The notes: generated by a model from the letters alone, not told the origin. DNA of 64,000 bases from Promethearchaeota archaeon (GCA_019894975.1 JAGXNO010000015.1:4645-68644); one strand, 5' to 3'; numbered from the stretch's first letter, positions 30,531-40,632 are shown. Translations and numbers: made by a program.

Positions 30531-31256
30531 ATGTTTCAAGAATTTTATCTACCGCCACTATTAGTTGTTTTCGCGCCAGCATTCACTTTGGGTTTTCTTC
30601 ATACGGCTATTCCTTGTGAAGATAAAGCAATCTTCTTTTTTTGGTCATTTGGTATTTCTAAGACACCTCTAAGAAGTGTTTTAATATTAGTCCTTTATGG
30701 TTTAGGATTAATGTCTTCTAATTTGATCATAGCTTTTGTAACTGTAGCTGTGAGTTTTCTTCCTCAAATATTTATCCCCGGTATTATCCCTGATGATTTT
30801 ACTATCAATTTTTTTGGAGCTGTTGTTTCTATGTTTGCAGGGATAATTTTATTATTTTTTATAACGCGAAGAAAATATATGCCACATTCTAAATATAAAG
30901 ATGAATTAAGCGAATTGAATTGGGAAAAAAAGAAGACACCTTATCTTTTTGGGATTTTAGCAGGATTTGCACCTTGTATTTTTGAACTAATAATTTATAC
31001 TCAATGTTTACAATATTCACTTAGTGGGATTTTCATTGATGGGATTTTCATTGTGTTTTACTTCTCATTAGGAACATTTGTAGGCCTTTTTCCCTTGGCT
31101 TTGGCAAAACACGGAACTTCTCAAATTCTAAAGACAAGAGAACCTAAACCTAACCGTGTATTACTCATTATGATATTGATACTCATATTATTCAACGCGG
31201 CTGTAATGATTCTATCATTTTTACGTATCCGTGTTTTTCCAGAAGTTTCTTTTTGA
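30531..31256 (+). CDS. NicO/UreH/DsbD-like membrane protein (possible Ni/Co transporter)
   Basis: LGFLHTAIPCED, GILAGFAPC, FSLGT; 6 TM. Confidence 0.6.
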   Translation: MFQEFYLPPLLVVFAPAFTLGFLHTAIPCEDKAIFFFWSFGISKTPLRSVLILVLYGLGLMSSNLIIAFVTVAVSFLPQIFIPGIIPDDFTINFFGAVVSMFAGIILLFFITRRKYMPHSKYKDELSELNWEKKKTPYLFGILAGFAPCIFELIIYTQCLQYSLSGIFIDGIFIVFYFSLGTFVGLFPLALAKHGTSQILKTREPKPNRVLLIMILILILFNAAVMILSFLRIRVFPEVSF

Positions 31257-31415
31257 GATTTCTGTCAATACCTAATATGATATTAATGAAAAAATTAATT
31301 ACCTTTTAATTATTCATAATATTTGAGTCTACTAAAATTTGGTCTATTAAAATATTTTAAGCTGTAATTTTTTTATAATTATATAGATTTCAAAAAACCA
31401 AGAAGTTTTAAAATA

Positions 31416-33788
31416 ATGAAATGTCTCTACTGCGAAAGTCAAAATATTGATTATACTTGTGAAAAATGCAAGTCTAGCTTCTGCATTAATCATATTGCCA
31501 CTACAGAGATTCATGAGTGTAAAAGGCACGAAATAATTTATTCAAAAGCAAAGGCATTAGAAAGAAATTTTAAATGTACTGTAGTTGAAGATAGCGAGTG
31601 TCCAGTATGTAAATCTCCTCTAAGGTTAGAAAGATTGTCTTCTGGTCAATATTATTTGGAATGCACAAATCCTCAATGCCCAGACTCGTGGAATTCTTAT
31701 TTAAAAACACCGGGAATATTTTTTCCTACGAAAGAAAAACTCGCAAGAGAAGCTTTAAGGTATAATCTCATTAAAGGAAACAGATTGATTTTGTGTGGTA
31801 AGAGATTAAAACATATTATTGGAAAAGAAATATGTCCTAATTGTTTTTTAGACCTACTCCGAAGAGCATCTCTCACTAATTTCCCAACTATCATGAATTC
31901 ATTTAATATCTCGGCAGATCAAATGATTAAGTTCATAAATAAATATATGGAAGAGGATAGAATTTATGGAATCATAGATCAAAAGAACCAAATGTTTTAT
32001 TATATCTCTTCAGAGTTGAGGGATAACTTATTATCGAAGTTCAATGATGAGGGAATTATTAGAGTAGATGAACTAACTGCTATGTTGGATATGAGTAGTG
32101 ATATCGCTCGTAAAGTAATATATAAGTTAATCAATCAATTCCAAATAAAAGGGTCCTTTTCACAGGAAAGAGATATCTATTACACCCAAAAATACATTTT
32201 AGATAATTTAATTGAAGAAATTAAGAAAAAGGGAAGAGTATCCTTAAAAGGATTAGCAATTAGTTTAGATCTTCCACAAGAGCTTGTAAAGTCTTTTTGT
32301 GTTAATTTAATGAGAGCAAAAGCGGTGAATGGTTATTTTGCTGACCGAGGTAATGAAGTAATTACTGCTAACCAAATATTTAATGAAATAAAAAACTTTT
32401 CCAAACAGACAGGTTTATTTGAACTGAATAAACTTGCCCTAAAATTAAAGATAGCTGTCGAATTAGCGAGAAAAAGTTTGCATGAATTAATTAAAACCGG
32501 TAAAATTAAGGGTTTATTCACCCAAAGAAGAGAATTTATGACAAACAAATTTATGGAAAACAAAATAAAGGAACTCGCTAGAGCTTATCGTACTATGCCT
32601 TTAAGAGAACTTTCTAATAGATTGGGTGTTACCGAATCAAGTATAGAAGAAAATTTAGCACAAATTATTGCGCGTGGAGATATCGATGGGTATATTGATA
32701 TGTCAAAAAGAAATTTCACTGCTTATTCTGTACCAAGGGAAGCAAAATCTAGTGCGCAACCAAAAGCAACGGTTAACCCTACTGATGAGGGAAAGATAGA
32801 AGTGGTTCGTGAGTATGATTTCATCGGTGGGCAGCTACATATGAAAATCGTTACTCGGAACAATAGTTCTATGGCAATAAATTCAGTAAAAGTGATCTTA
32901 GATGCCCCTACAAGCTATAATATAAAAACTCCTCTGATCACCATCCCTGTTATTGAAGCAAATAATTCTAGAGGTGTTGATTTCTACTTAGAGCCAAAAG
33001 AGTGTGGGATCTCTTCAATTGGTGGTGATGTGATCTACAAAACAGCATCAGGGGAAAAAAGAACCATACATATACGAAAAAAAGAAGTCCAGATAAAATG
33101 CCCCTTAGTTGTATCGTGTTTGTCAACTATTGAAGATGTTCAGATTACAATCCAAGATCTTCCAAATGATGCTCGCGCCTTTTTAATAGCAGACATCGAC
33201 CCAAGATTAGCCTATAGAGCAGCAGTTCGCACTTTAAAACGTTTTGAAGTAAGCACAGTTACATCACATGAAGGAAAAGATCCGAAAGGAAAGTACGAAG
33301 CAGAGAGCTGGCATTGCTCAGAAGCAAAGGTTGGGGGAGGAAGAATAGTTACCAGGATATACGTTTCTGAAACAAATCAATCTTTAGAAGTGAGAGTTTG
33401 GTGTGGAGAAGCTGGACAGCTAACTGGCTTTTTAGCCAAAATTATCGAGCTATTATTTGAGGAAATTAACATAATTCGCAAAATCAGATCAGAGGAGAGG
33501 GAGAAGACTATTGATGTTATGGCAGTAACCCAAAATTTAGCTGAAATGTCTGATTATTGTATGTTAAGATGGAAAGCTCAAAATATTAGGATTAAACTAC
33601 ATGATACATTTGTGAGAGTAAGGAAAATTATTGGAGACAACGAGCCTATCCTAAGCAGAATGGAGTTTTGGTTAACTCAGTTAAATAAGTACGCCAAAGA
33701 TGATAAAATAAGTGAGGACGACGCCGATCGACTAGTAAATGACCTGGAGAACTTCAAGTCTGTAATCGCAAGGGCAATTAAACTTTAA
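31416..33788 (+). CDS. Multidomain protein: Zn fingers, winged-helix/PCI-like repeats, Ig-like appendage plus platform-like domain
   Basis: Several CxxC pairs; about 5 repeats of G.v.l.eLa..l.l...v...l..li....i.G; beta-rich domain then alpha/beta C-terminus. Confidence 0.75.
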   Translation: MKCLYCESQNIDYTCEKCKSSFCINHIATTEIHECKRHEIIYSKAKALERNFKCTVVEDSECPVCKSPLRLERLSSGQYYLECTNPQCPDSWNSYLKTPGIFFPTKEKLAREALRYNLIKGNRLILCGKRLKHIIGKEICPNCFLDLLRRASLTNFPTIMNSFNISADQMIKFINKYMEEDRIYGIIDQKNQMFYYISSELRDNLLSKFNDEGIIRVDELTAMLDMSSDIARKVIYKLINQFQIKGSFSQERDIYYTQKYILDNLIEEIKKKGRVSLKGLAISLDLPQELVKSFCVNLMRAKAVNGYFADRGNEVITANQIFNEIKNFSKQTGLFELNKLALKLKIAVELARKSLHELIKTGKIKGLFTQRREFMTNKFMENKIKELARAYRTMPLRELSNRLGVTESSIEENLAQIIARGDIDGYIDMSKRNFTAYSVPREAKSSAQPKATVNPTDEGKIEVVREYDFIGGQLHMKIVTRNNSSMAINSVKVILDAPTSYNIKTPLITIPVIEANNSRGVDFYLEPKECGISSIGGDVIYKTASGEKRTIHIRKKEVQIKCPLVVSCLSTIEDVQITIQDLPNDARAFLIADIDPRLAYRAAVRTLKRFEVSTVTSHEGKDPKGKYEAESWHCSEAKVGGGRIVTRIYVSETNQSLEVRVWCGEAGQLTGFLAKIIELLFEEINIIRKIRSEEREKTIDVMAVTQNLAEMSDYCMLRWKAQNIRIKLHDTFVRVRKIIGDNEPILSRMEFWLTQLNKYAKDDKISEDDADRLVNDLENFKSVIARAIKL

Positions 33789-33901
33789 AGATTTTGGATA
33801 AAAACACAAAAAAAAAATTTATAAACTTTATCACCTATATTGTATATTAAAAATTACATTTCTCTTTAATTATCTTTCAATTAATAAAAAGTGAGATTAA
33901 T

Positions 33902-34318
33902 ATGAGCCCAATAATTAGTATAAGCATAAATGAAAGCCTGAAAAAATTCATCAATAAATTAGTTTCAAAGAATCAATATGAGAATAAATCTAAATTAATT
34001 AGAGATGCATTACTGCGCTTAATGTCAACAATAGATATATCAAGCATGGATCTTGCTAGCGAAATAGGCCCAATTCCAAAAAAAATAGTTGGAAATATGA
34101 TCCTCATAGCCCCTAATGATTATTTAATACAGAAAAAGCTGAATAAAATTGAAAGTGAATTTAAAGAGCAAATAATTAGCAAGAATGTTAATTTTGTGAA
34201 TCAAAATTCTATAATATTCATGATTTTCGAAGGCCAAGTACAAGATTTCCAGAAACTTGTTGTTGAAATAAATAGTATTGAAGAAGTTAAGAATTTTAGA
34301 TATTTAATTGTGAACTAG
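33902..34318 (+). CDS. CopG/NikR-like ribbon-helix-helix regulator
   Basis: IISISI..L...YENKSKLIRDAL plus ACT-like C-terminal domain. Confidence 0.75.
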   Translation: MSPIISISINESLKKFINKLVSKNQYENKSKLIRDALLRLMSTIDISSMDLASEIGPIPKKIVGNMILIAPNDYLIQKKLNKIESEFKEQIISKNVNFVNQNSIIFMIFEGQVQDFQKLVVEINSIEEVKNFRYLIVN

Positions 34319-34390
34319 GAAACAACTACTTCTTGTAGAACCTTAGAATACACATTTTTTTTCTGATTTTATTGAGTAAGTGATAATACT

Positions 34391-34753
34391 ATGGGAAAAA
34401 ATAAATATGGAAAAGAATATCAAAAAAAAGTAAATCCTTCTACGGGACAGAAAGGAGGAAGCAAAGGAGATCCAATCCGAGGAGGGAAAATTAAAGCAAG
34501 TCATATTTTGATTGATAAATTTAGTAGAGCAACAGAAATTTATGAGGATCTAGAAGCAGGAGAAAAATTTGAAAGTTTAGCTCAGCAATATTCTAGTTGT
34601 CCAAGCAAGAAAAAAGGTGGAAATTTAGGAGATTTTTCTAAGGGTGATATGGTCTCTGAATTTTGGAACGCATGTAGTAAATTGAAAGTGGGTGAAATTT
34701 CTCAACCTGTAAAAACACAGCATGGGTATCATATAATAAAACGTACAGGATGA
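34391..34753 (+). CDS. Parvulin-type peptidyl-prolyl isomerase
   Basis: ASHIL, FESLAQQYSSCPS..KGGNLG, MVSEF, SQPVKTQHGYHII. Confidence 0.92.
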   Translation: MGKNKYGKEYQKKVNPSTGQKGGSKGDPIRGGKIKASHILIDKFSRATEIYEDLEAGEKFESLAQQYSSCPSKKKGGNLGDFSKGDMVSEFWNACSKLKVGEISQPVKTQHGYHIIKRTG

Positions 34754-34761
34754 AAAAGAAA

Positions 34762-34865
34762 TAGCCCAGCACGGATTCGAACCGTGGTCCAAGGGTTCAG
34801 GGCCCTCGATGATTGACCATTTCGCTATTGAGCAAGAGAAATACCCAAATCTACACCACTGGGCT
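34762..34865 (-). tRNA. tRNA-Gln(CUG) with about 28-31 nt intron-like insert in the D loop
   Basis: AGCCCAG/CUGGGCU-A acceptor (A1-U72); anticodon arm GAGGG-CCCUGAA-CCCUU; T arm CACGG-UUCGAAU-CCGUG; 104 nt total. Confidence 0.85.
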
Positions 34866-35245
34866 ATTAAAAATATTTTCTAATTTTTATAATTTTATTT
34901 ATCTAAAAAATATTTGCAATTTATTAAAATCTTAAGGAATAATATTGAAAAGCTAGTAAAATATAAGTAATTAGTATTTTTGATTTTTTTGTTAAATAAG
35001 ATAAATTTTTATGTAGAGTGAACTTTATCATAACTTGGATCTTACGATTTGGAGGATTCAAAAAGATATCAGTTTCAAAAACTAATTTTTATTTAAACCC
35101 CGTGACGTGACTGAAAAACCCGTAAACTGAAAAAACTTTTTAACAAAAATTCCTCCTAAGTATGATCCACCCTTTTTTGATTTTAGAAATAAAGTAATAT
35201 TAGTATAATATTTTCATTGAAAGAAAATGAAGGTTTAAAATCTAT

Positions 35246-36451
35246 TTAATTCATTTTTTCTTGATAATAGGTAAACACTTCGCTAAAATATTTATCAGAC
35301 ATACCTGCGATATAATCTCTTACAATTAAAGTTAATTTATTAGTTTCTTTAAGAGGTTGATAATAAGTCATAAATTTTTGATCATCAATATATTCAATAT
35401 GGTCTCTAAAAATGGGAGAATCATGATTGTCTTCTTCTAAATCGGCCAAACACATACTAAATATAAGATTGAACTTTTTCTTCAATATATCTACAAAGGT
35501 CTTATCAGTTAGATTTTTTTTAAACAGATCTCTCCTTGTATATATTTTCTCATAGTTAAAAGCTTTAAGTTCCTTTAATGCTTCAAAAATCTCACCAGAA
35601 TACCCAATAACATCATTATCAAGGCTATAATTTAATAAGTCTGTTATGAGAGTATTAATTATCTTAGCATTTGTATCACCTAATATTCTTTTACATACAT
35701 CAGGAATTTGGTCACGAGATATGAGTTTTAATAATATTGCATCTTCAATATCTCTACCAATATAACTTATTGTATCTGCAAATCTTACCGCAATTCCTTC
35801 GTAAGACATGGGTATCCTTGATATTTGATTTTCATTAATACAATCGTTATATTCTATCAAATGAGTTTCCCAAGTCTTTCCATTTCTTTTGAATGGTTTT
35901 AATTTTTGTTCATTAACTTCACCATCATGGCAAAGAATACCATCTAAAACTTGTAGAGTTAAGTTTAATCCTTTAGCAGGCTTATCTGGGAATTTTCTTT
36001 CCAGGTAAGAAAGCCATCTTATCCCTTGGGCATTATGACTAAATGTTCCCATCTTAAAATCCTTGCTTATTTCAATTAATATTTCCTCACCAAGATGCCC
36101 AAACGGAGAGTGTCCTATATCATGTCCTAATGCTATTGCTTCTATTAAATCTGTGTTTAGCCTTAAAACGCGACCAATTTGCCTACTAACTCTGGATACT
36201 AAAGTTACATGAAGAGATCTATGGGTGATGTTTGCATTATTTATATCAAAGAAAACTTGAGATTTATCAATGTATCGGCTAAAAGCCTTTGAATGAACAA
36301 TCCTATCTACATCTCTAAAGAAGGGAGGTCTTATATCTTCGCTTTCATCTTTATAATATCTATGTGCTTCTGAATCTAATATCCCATGAATCCCAACATT
36401 TACATCCCTTTTCATTCTTGTTTGTAGTTGTTCCGTAGTTTTCTTATTCAT
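35246..36451 (-). CDS. HD-domain dNTP triphosphohydrolase (dGTPase family)
   Basis: FFRDVDRIVHS.AF, KSQVF, HRSLH, LGHDIGHSPFGH.GE, ADTISY..DIED, DYIAGMSD. Confidence 0.9.
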   Translation of the reverse strand: MNKKTTEQLQTRMKRDVNVGIHGILDSEAHRYYKDESEDIRPPFFRDVDRIVHSKAFSRYIDKSQVFFDINNANITHRSLHVTLVSRVSRQIGRVLRLNTDLIEAIALGHDIGHSPFGHLGEEILIEISKDFKMGTFSHNAQGIRWLSYLERKFPDKPAKGLNLTLQVLDGILCHDGEVNEQKLKPFKRNGKTWETHLIEYNDCINENQISRIPMSYEGIAVRFADTISYIGRDIEDAILLKLISRDQIPDVCKRILGDTNAKIINTLITDLLNYSLDNDVIGYSGEIFEALKELKAFNYEKIYTRRDLFKKNLTDKTFVDILKKKFNLIFSMCLADLEEDNHDSPIFRDHIEYIDDQKFMTYYQPLKETNKLTLIVRDYIAGMSDKYFSEVFTYYQEKMN

Positions 36452-36568
36452 AATTTAAAATACCCTTTTCTAAATTAAATACAAACAGTATTTAATATAA
36501 GATTAGTACTACAATAATTAAGGTTTTTCTTACTTCTAATTACCAATTAAGAAATTCTATTACTCAAA

Positions 36569-37516
36569 TTAACCAAATTTCATATCAATAGCATTATAAG
36601 GACACTTTTCTTTACATTTCAAACAAAAATTGCATTCCCCATTTCCAGTAAAAAATTCAAAGGGTTCATCTAATATTCGAATTTGTTTTGGGCATACTTT
36701 TTCACAAATTCCACACTCTGTTCTTCCTACACATCTTACTGGATTTCGGGATAACTTTAAAAAAGAATATTCTGATATTACTGAGGATACAGCAGCAAAG
36801 GGGCAAAAATACCTGCAATAAACCCGAGGATACCATACGGATAAGATAATTAAGGCTATGTAAAAGAAAAAAATAATGAATGTCAGAAAGCTTGAAAATA
36901 AAGGTTGTAAACTTCCTGTGACAATCATATCTTTAATCATATTAGGAAAGAACACAAATATATATTCAGAAAGAGAGAAATATCCCATTGGATTTTTTCC
37001 AAAATCCCCTAAATTAGCCCGATAATCTAAGTAAAAATCATAATTGGTCGTTGCAGTAATCCCCAGAGGAATAATAAGGATAATTATTAATACTACAAAA
37101 ATATACTTAATTTTTAATAATGAATTATGAGTACTGATTTTTAACCTCTTTTTATTTGTTGGAACCGCAGCACAAACATCTTGAATTGTACCAATTGGAC
37201 ATATCCATCCACAAAAAAATCGATTTGTAAATAGGAGTACCAATACTAATAATGCTATAAGAAATAATGGAAAAATTCCTTCAATAATTGAGTAGAATAT
37301 CATCTCTAGAATTCCCGTTCCGTTTGATATCGGATTTTTTGGGGCATTTAAAACGGGAAGAACTTTTAGGAAAGCATCAAGACTGATTAAATTTAATACA
37401 AAAAGTTGTTCTATTAAAATATAATTTATTACGATAAAAGCAATGATTTGAACGATACGTCTAATCGTTGTCGTTCGACGATTTTTTATTTCCGATAGTA
37501 AGCTTTTAATATTCAA
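36569..37516 (-). CDS. Membrane 4Fe-4S protein (NapH/MauN/YccM-like)
   Basis: RFFCGWICPIG, RVYCRYFCP and two ferredoxin-type Cys clusters. Confidence 0.85.
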   Translation of the reverse strand: MNIKSLLSEIKNRRTTTIRRIVQIIAFIVINYILIEQLFVLNLISLDAFLKVLPVLNAPKNPISNGTGILEMIFYSIIEGIFPLFLIALLVLVLLFTNRFFCGWICPIGTIQDVCAAVPTNKKRLKISTHNSLLKIKYIFVVLIIILIIPLGITATTNYDFYLDYRANLGDFGKNPMGYFSLSEYIFVFFPNMIKDMIVTGSLQPLFSSFLTFIIFFFYIALIILSVWYPRVYCRYFCPFAAVSSVISEYSFLKLSRNPVRCVGRTECGICEKVCPKQIRILDEPFEFFTGNGECNFCLKCKEKCPYNAIDMKFG

Positions 37517-37573
37517 AAAATACCACTAAACACTTCTTTAACAAATTTAATTAATACTGGTTAAAAAAATTAA

Positions 37574-37631
37574 TTCTTCTCTTAAGAAATTTCAAATGTA
37601 GAAAAAGAGTTGATATAACTTAAGAGAAGAA
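37574..37631. repeat. 13-bp perfect inverted repeat in an intergenic region
   Basis: TTCTTCTCTTAAG (37574-37586) and CTTAAGAGAAGAA (37619-37631). Confidence 0.7.
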
Positions 37632-37686
37632 ATAGTATACATTCTCTTAATTTAAGCAATAATACTTACTTTGCTAAAGAAGTAAT

Positions 37687-39597
37687 TTATTTAAGAAGGA
37701 TTGTTTCTAAATTTGTTGGGGATTTTGTTTGTTTCCTTAGTTTCTTATGAATCATTGTTGATAAACTCACACATTTGGATGCTTCACCGTGATTAGTTAT
37801 TATAGATTTAGGTCGTGGTTGAATTCTTCTTAAAAATTGAGATATTTGACTCCGTGAAGAATGTCCCGAGAATCCTTCCAAGGTAAATACTTTTAGGTTT
37901 ATTTTTACTAATTGAGTTCGACCTTTTGCATCAACATAAGTAAATTCCCGAAATCCCTTTATTAATCTTGAACCTAGAGTCCCGTTAACTTGATAAGACA
38001 CGAAAATAAGTGTATTCTTTGGATCATTTGCTAACTCTCTTAAATATTGCACGGATGGGCCACCAATAAGCATCCCACTCGTAGCTAAAATAATGCAAGG
38101 TCCTCCTTTTATGATATCCAACCTTTCTTCCTGAGCAGAAACTGTTTCGAAATAATCGCTTAAAAAAGGATTTTTCCCTTGATGTAATATTTTTTCCCTC
38201 AGATCACTGCTAAGAAAATCGGGATTAGCTGTATGTATCGCAGTAGCTTCACTAATTAATCCATCTATAAAAATAGGTACTTTGTCAATAAACCCTTTAT
38301 TGATATATTCTTCCAAAACAACCAATAATTCTTGAGCGCGTCCTACGGCTAGAACTGGAACTAATACCTTTCCACCTCTTTTAAGTGTGGAATTTAATAT
38401 CTGTTTTAGTTCTTTTTCAGATTCTTGTCTACTTGGAATTCGATCTTGAGGTCCACCATAAGTTGATTCTATTAATAAACTTTCTACTCTAGGAAACTTT
38501 ACAGCTGCTTTTTCTAATAATCGAGTTTTTTGATATTTAAAATCACCGGTATAAACAAAATTATAATCTCCTTTGCCAAAATGTAAATGAACCATCGATG
38601 ATCCTAGAATGTGTCCTGAATTATGTAATGTTAATTTAATATCAGGGGCAATATCCGTAACTTTACCCCATGAAAGGGGAATTGTATGAAGAACTGTTTG
38701 TTTAACATCTCTTTTTGAATATGGTAAAGGGGATCCTTCTTTCTCACAGATTTGAATGAAATCTAATTGTAACATAGTAGCTAAATTTCTCGTAGGTAAT
38801 GTACAATAAACAGGCCCACGATATCCGTACTTATAAAGAAAAGGAACAAGACCACAATGATCTAAATGAGCGTGAGAGATTATAACAGCGTCTAAATCTC
38901 TTAGAGAAAATTCAGGAACGTCAAAATATGGAAACTTATCATGTGGGCTTCCTACATTTAACCCTACATCTAGTAGTACGCTACTATCTCTAGTTTGCAT
39001 TAATATACAAGATCTTCCAACTTCACGAAAACCTCCTAATGCAGTTAATCGTATATTTAAATCTTTGAATAATGGAGGTCTATGAATTCTTTTGCCAATT
39101 CTTAAAAGAATATCTTTTTGAGTTTGTCTTTCTTTTGTGAGCATACCTCTAATTAACTGTATAGTGCGAGATGCAAGTGGAGGAGTTCTTATAGTTTTAG
39201 GCTGCCAAAAAGTGTTTGACCTGATCTCCTTTAAATTAACTCCTTTTTTACCGATTACAAGCCCAGGTTTTACAGATTCAATTATGACCTCACCTCGTGT
39301 GTGATCGAACTCAATAGCTGAAATTTCTGCGTCCTCATTAATTAAATTTCTAATATACTCTTCAGTTTCAACGGGATCTTTACGTTTATCTACATTCCAT
39401 CTAAAGACTACTCGCTTTCTCATGGTTTTAGCCAAGTCTTTTAGAATTGTAGAACTTTCGACCGCATCTACATCTGAATTCTCTGAATATACTGCAATTT
39501 CCGGACCCTCAAATTCAATTTTATTTACTTTTATATCAGCTGGTAGGATTTCAACAATCTCATTTTTTATCCTTTCTAGTTCTCCTTCATAACTCAT
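37687..39597 (-). CDS. fttA: aCPSF1 / FttA, KH plus beta-CASP ribonuclease and transcription termination factor
   Basis: EFEGPE, KPGLVIGKKG, GGFREVGRS, SHAHLDH, GHILGS, ESTYGG, GFSGHS. Confidence 0.95.
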   Translation of the reverse strand: MSYEGELERIKNEIVEILPADIKVNKIEFEGPEIAVYSENSDVDAVESSTILKDLAKTMRKRVVFRWNVDKRKDPVETEEYIRNLINEDAEISAIEFDHTRGEVIIESVKPGLVIGKKGVNLKEIRSNTFWQPKTIRTPPLASRTIQLIRGMLTKERQTQKDILLRIGKRIHRPPLFKDLNIRLTALGGFREVGRSCILMQTRDSSVLLDVGLNVGSPHDKFPYFDVPEFSLRDLDAVIISHAHLDHCGLVPFLYKYGYRGPVYCTLPTRNLATMLQLDFIQICEKEGSPLPYSKRDVKQTVLHTIPLSWGKVTDIAPDIKLTLHNSGHILGSSMVHLHFGKGDYNFVYTGDFKYQKTRLLEKAAVKFPRVESLLIESTYGGPQDRIPSRQESEKELKQILNSTLKRGGKVLVPVLAVGRAQELLVVLEEYINKGFIDKVPIFIDGLISEATAIHTANPDFLSSDLREKILHQGKNPFLSDYFETVSAQEERLDIIKGGPCIILATSGMLIGGPSVQYLRELANDPKNTLIFVSYQVNGTLGSRLIKGFREFTYVDAKGRTQLVKINLKVFTLEGFSGHSSRSQISQFLRRIQPRPKSIITNHGEASKCVSLSTMIHKKLRKQTKSPTNLETILLK

Positions 39598-39999
39598 AAT
39601 TATTCACTTTTTTAATTAACGACTATTTGTTTTAAAGTAGTAAATTTAGAATATGATCTATTGCTCATCTAATATATGTTTTAGTCAACTAATTCAATAT
39701 GTCGAAATATATATTAATAACACTCGATATTTTATTTGGATATATGCTCTGATATTTGATAAACACTATTTTGAATAAATAGAATATCATTCTCTTACAA
39801 TAAAATTCAATTAACGAAGAGAATTGTTTTTAGAATGAAGTACTTCTAAATTTCTATGATAGATATAAATTAATCAAATAAAAACATTTTGATTATGAAA
39901 AAAACAAAGTTTAAGATAAAGAAAGAGTCTGAACTAATTTCCAAATGTGTTTTTTTTAAATTAGATATATTTTTTTGATAATATTGATTAGAATCAATT

Positions 40000-40632
40000 A
40001 TGAGTAAAATAAAAATTGGTGCTATTGCTTCCGGGTCTGGATCAAACTTTTTAGCGATAATCCAATCATGTGAAGAAGGAATTTTAAAAGAGAAAGCTAC
40101 CGTTGAAGTTTTAGTTTGTAATAAAGCAGGAGCTTTTTGTATGGAACGAGCAAAAAATCATAAAATCCCTTATTTTTTGATTGAATCTGACAAACATCAA
40201 GGAACAAGAGAAGAATTTGACCAAAAAGTCATTGATGTTTTAGACAGGTATGGTTGTAATTTAATAGTCTTAGTAGGATATATGCGTTTTGTAAGTAAAT
40301 TCTTCATAAATCATTTCAATGGCAAAATAATGAACATACACCCCGCACTTTTACCAAGTTTTAAGGGAATGCATGCACATGAGGATGCTATAGCTTATGG
40401 AGTCAAGGTTTCGGGTGTTACAGTCCATTTTGCTGATGTTCATGAAGATCACGGACCAATAATTATACAGAAAGCAGTTCCAGTTTATGATACAGATAAT
40501 AAAGACACTTTAGGAACGAGAATATTAAAATGGGAACATAAGGCTTTTCCAAAAGCAATAGAACTTTTCTGTGATGGACGTTTACATGTTGAAGGACGGA
40601 TTGTTAAAATTGACGGGGAAGTTAAATTATAA
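40000..40632 (+). CDS. purN: Phosphoribosylglycinamide formyltransferase
   Basis: SGSGSNF, GYMR, NIHPALLPSF.G, GVTVHF, DHGPII. Confidence 0.95.
   Translation: MSKIKIGAIASGSGSNFLAIIQSCEEGILKEKATVEVLVCNKAGAFCMERAKNHKIPYFLIESDKHQGTREEFDQKVIDVLDRYGCNLIVLVGYMRFVSKFFINHFNGKIMNIHPALLPSFKGMHAHEDAIAYGVKVSGVTVHFADVHEDHGPIIIQKAVPVYDTDNKDTLGTRILKWEHKAFPKAIELFCDGRLHVEGRIVKIDGEVKL

Noticed and set aside
35095-35137. Short repeats (AAACCC(C)GT, ACTGAAAAA) in the AT-rich gap beside tRNA-Gln as possible origin (ORB) boxes
   Set aside because: They are too short, do not match the ORB consensus, and there is no cdc6/orc1 nearby.
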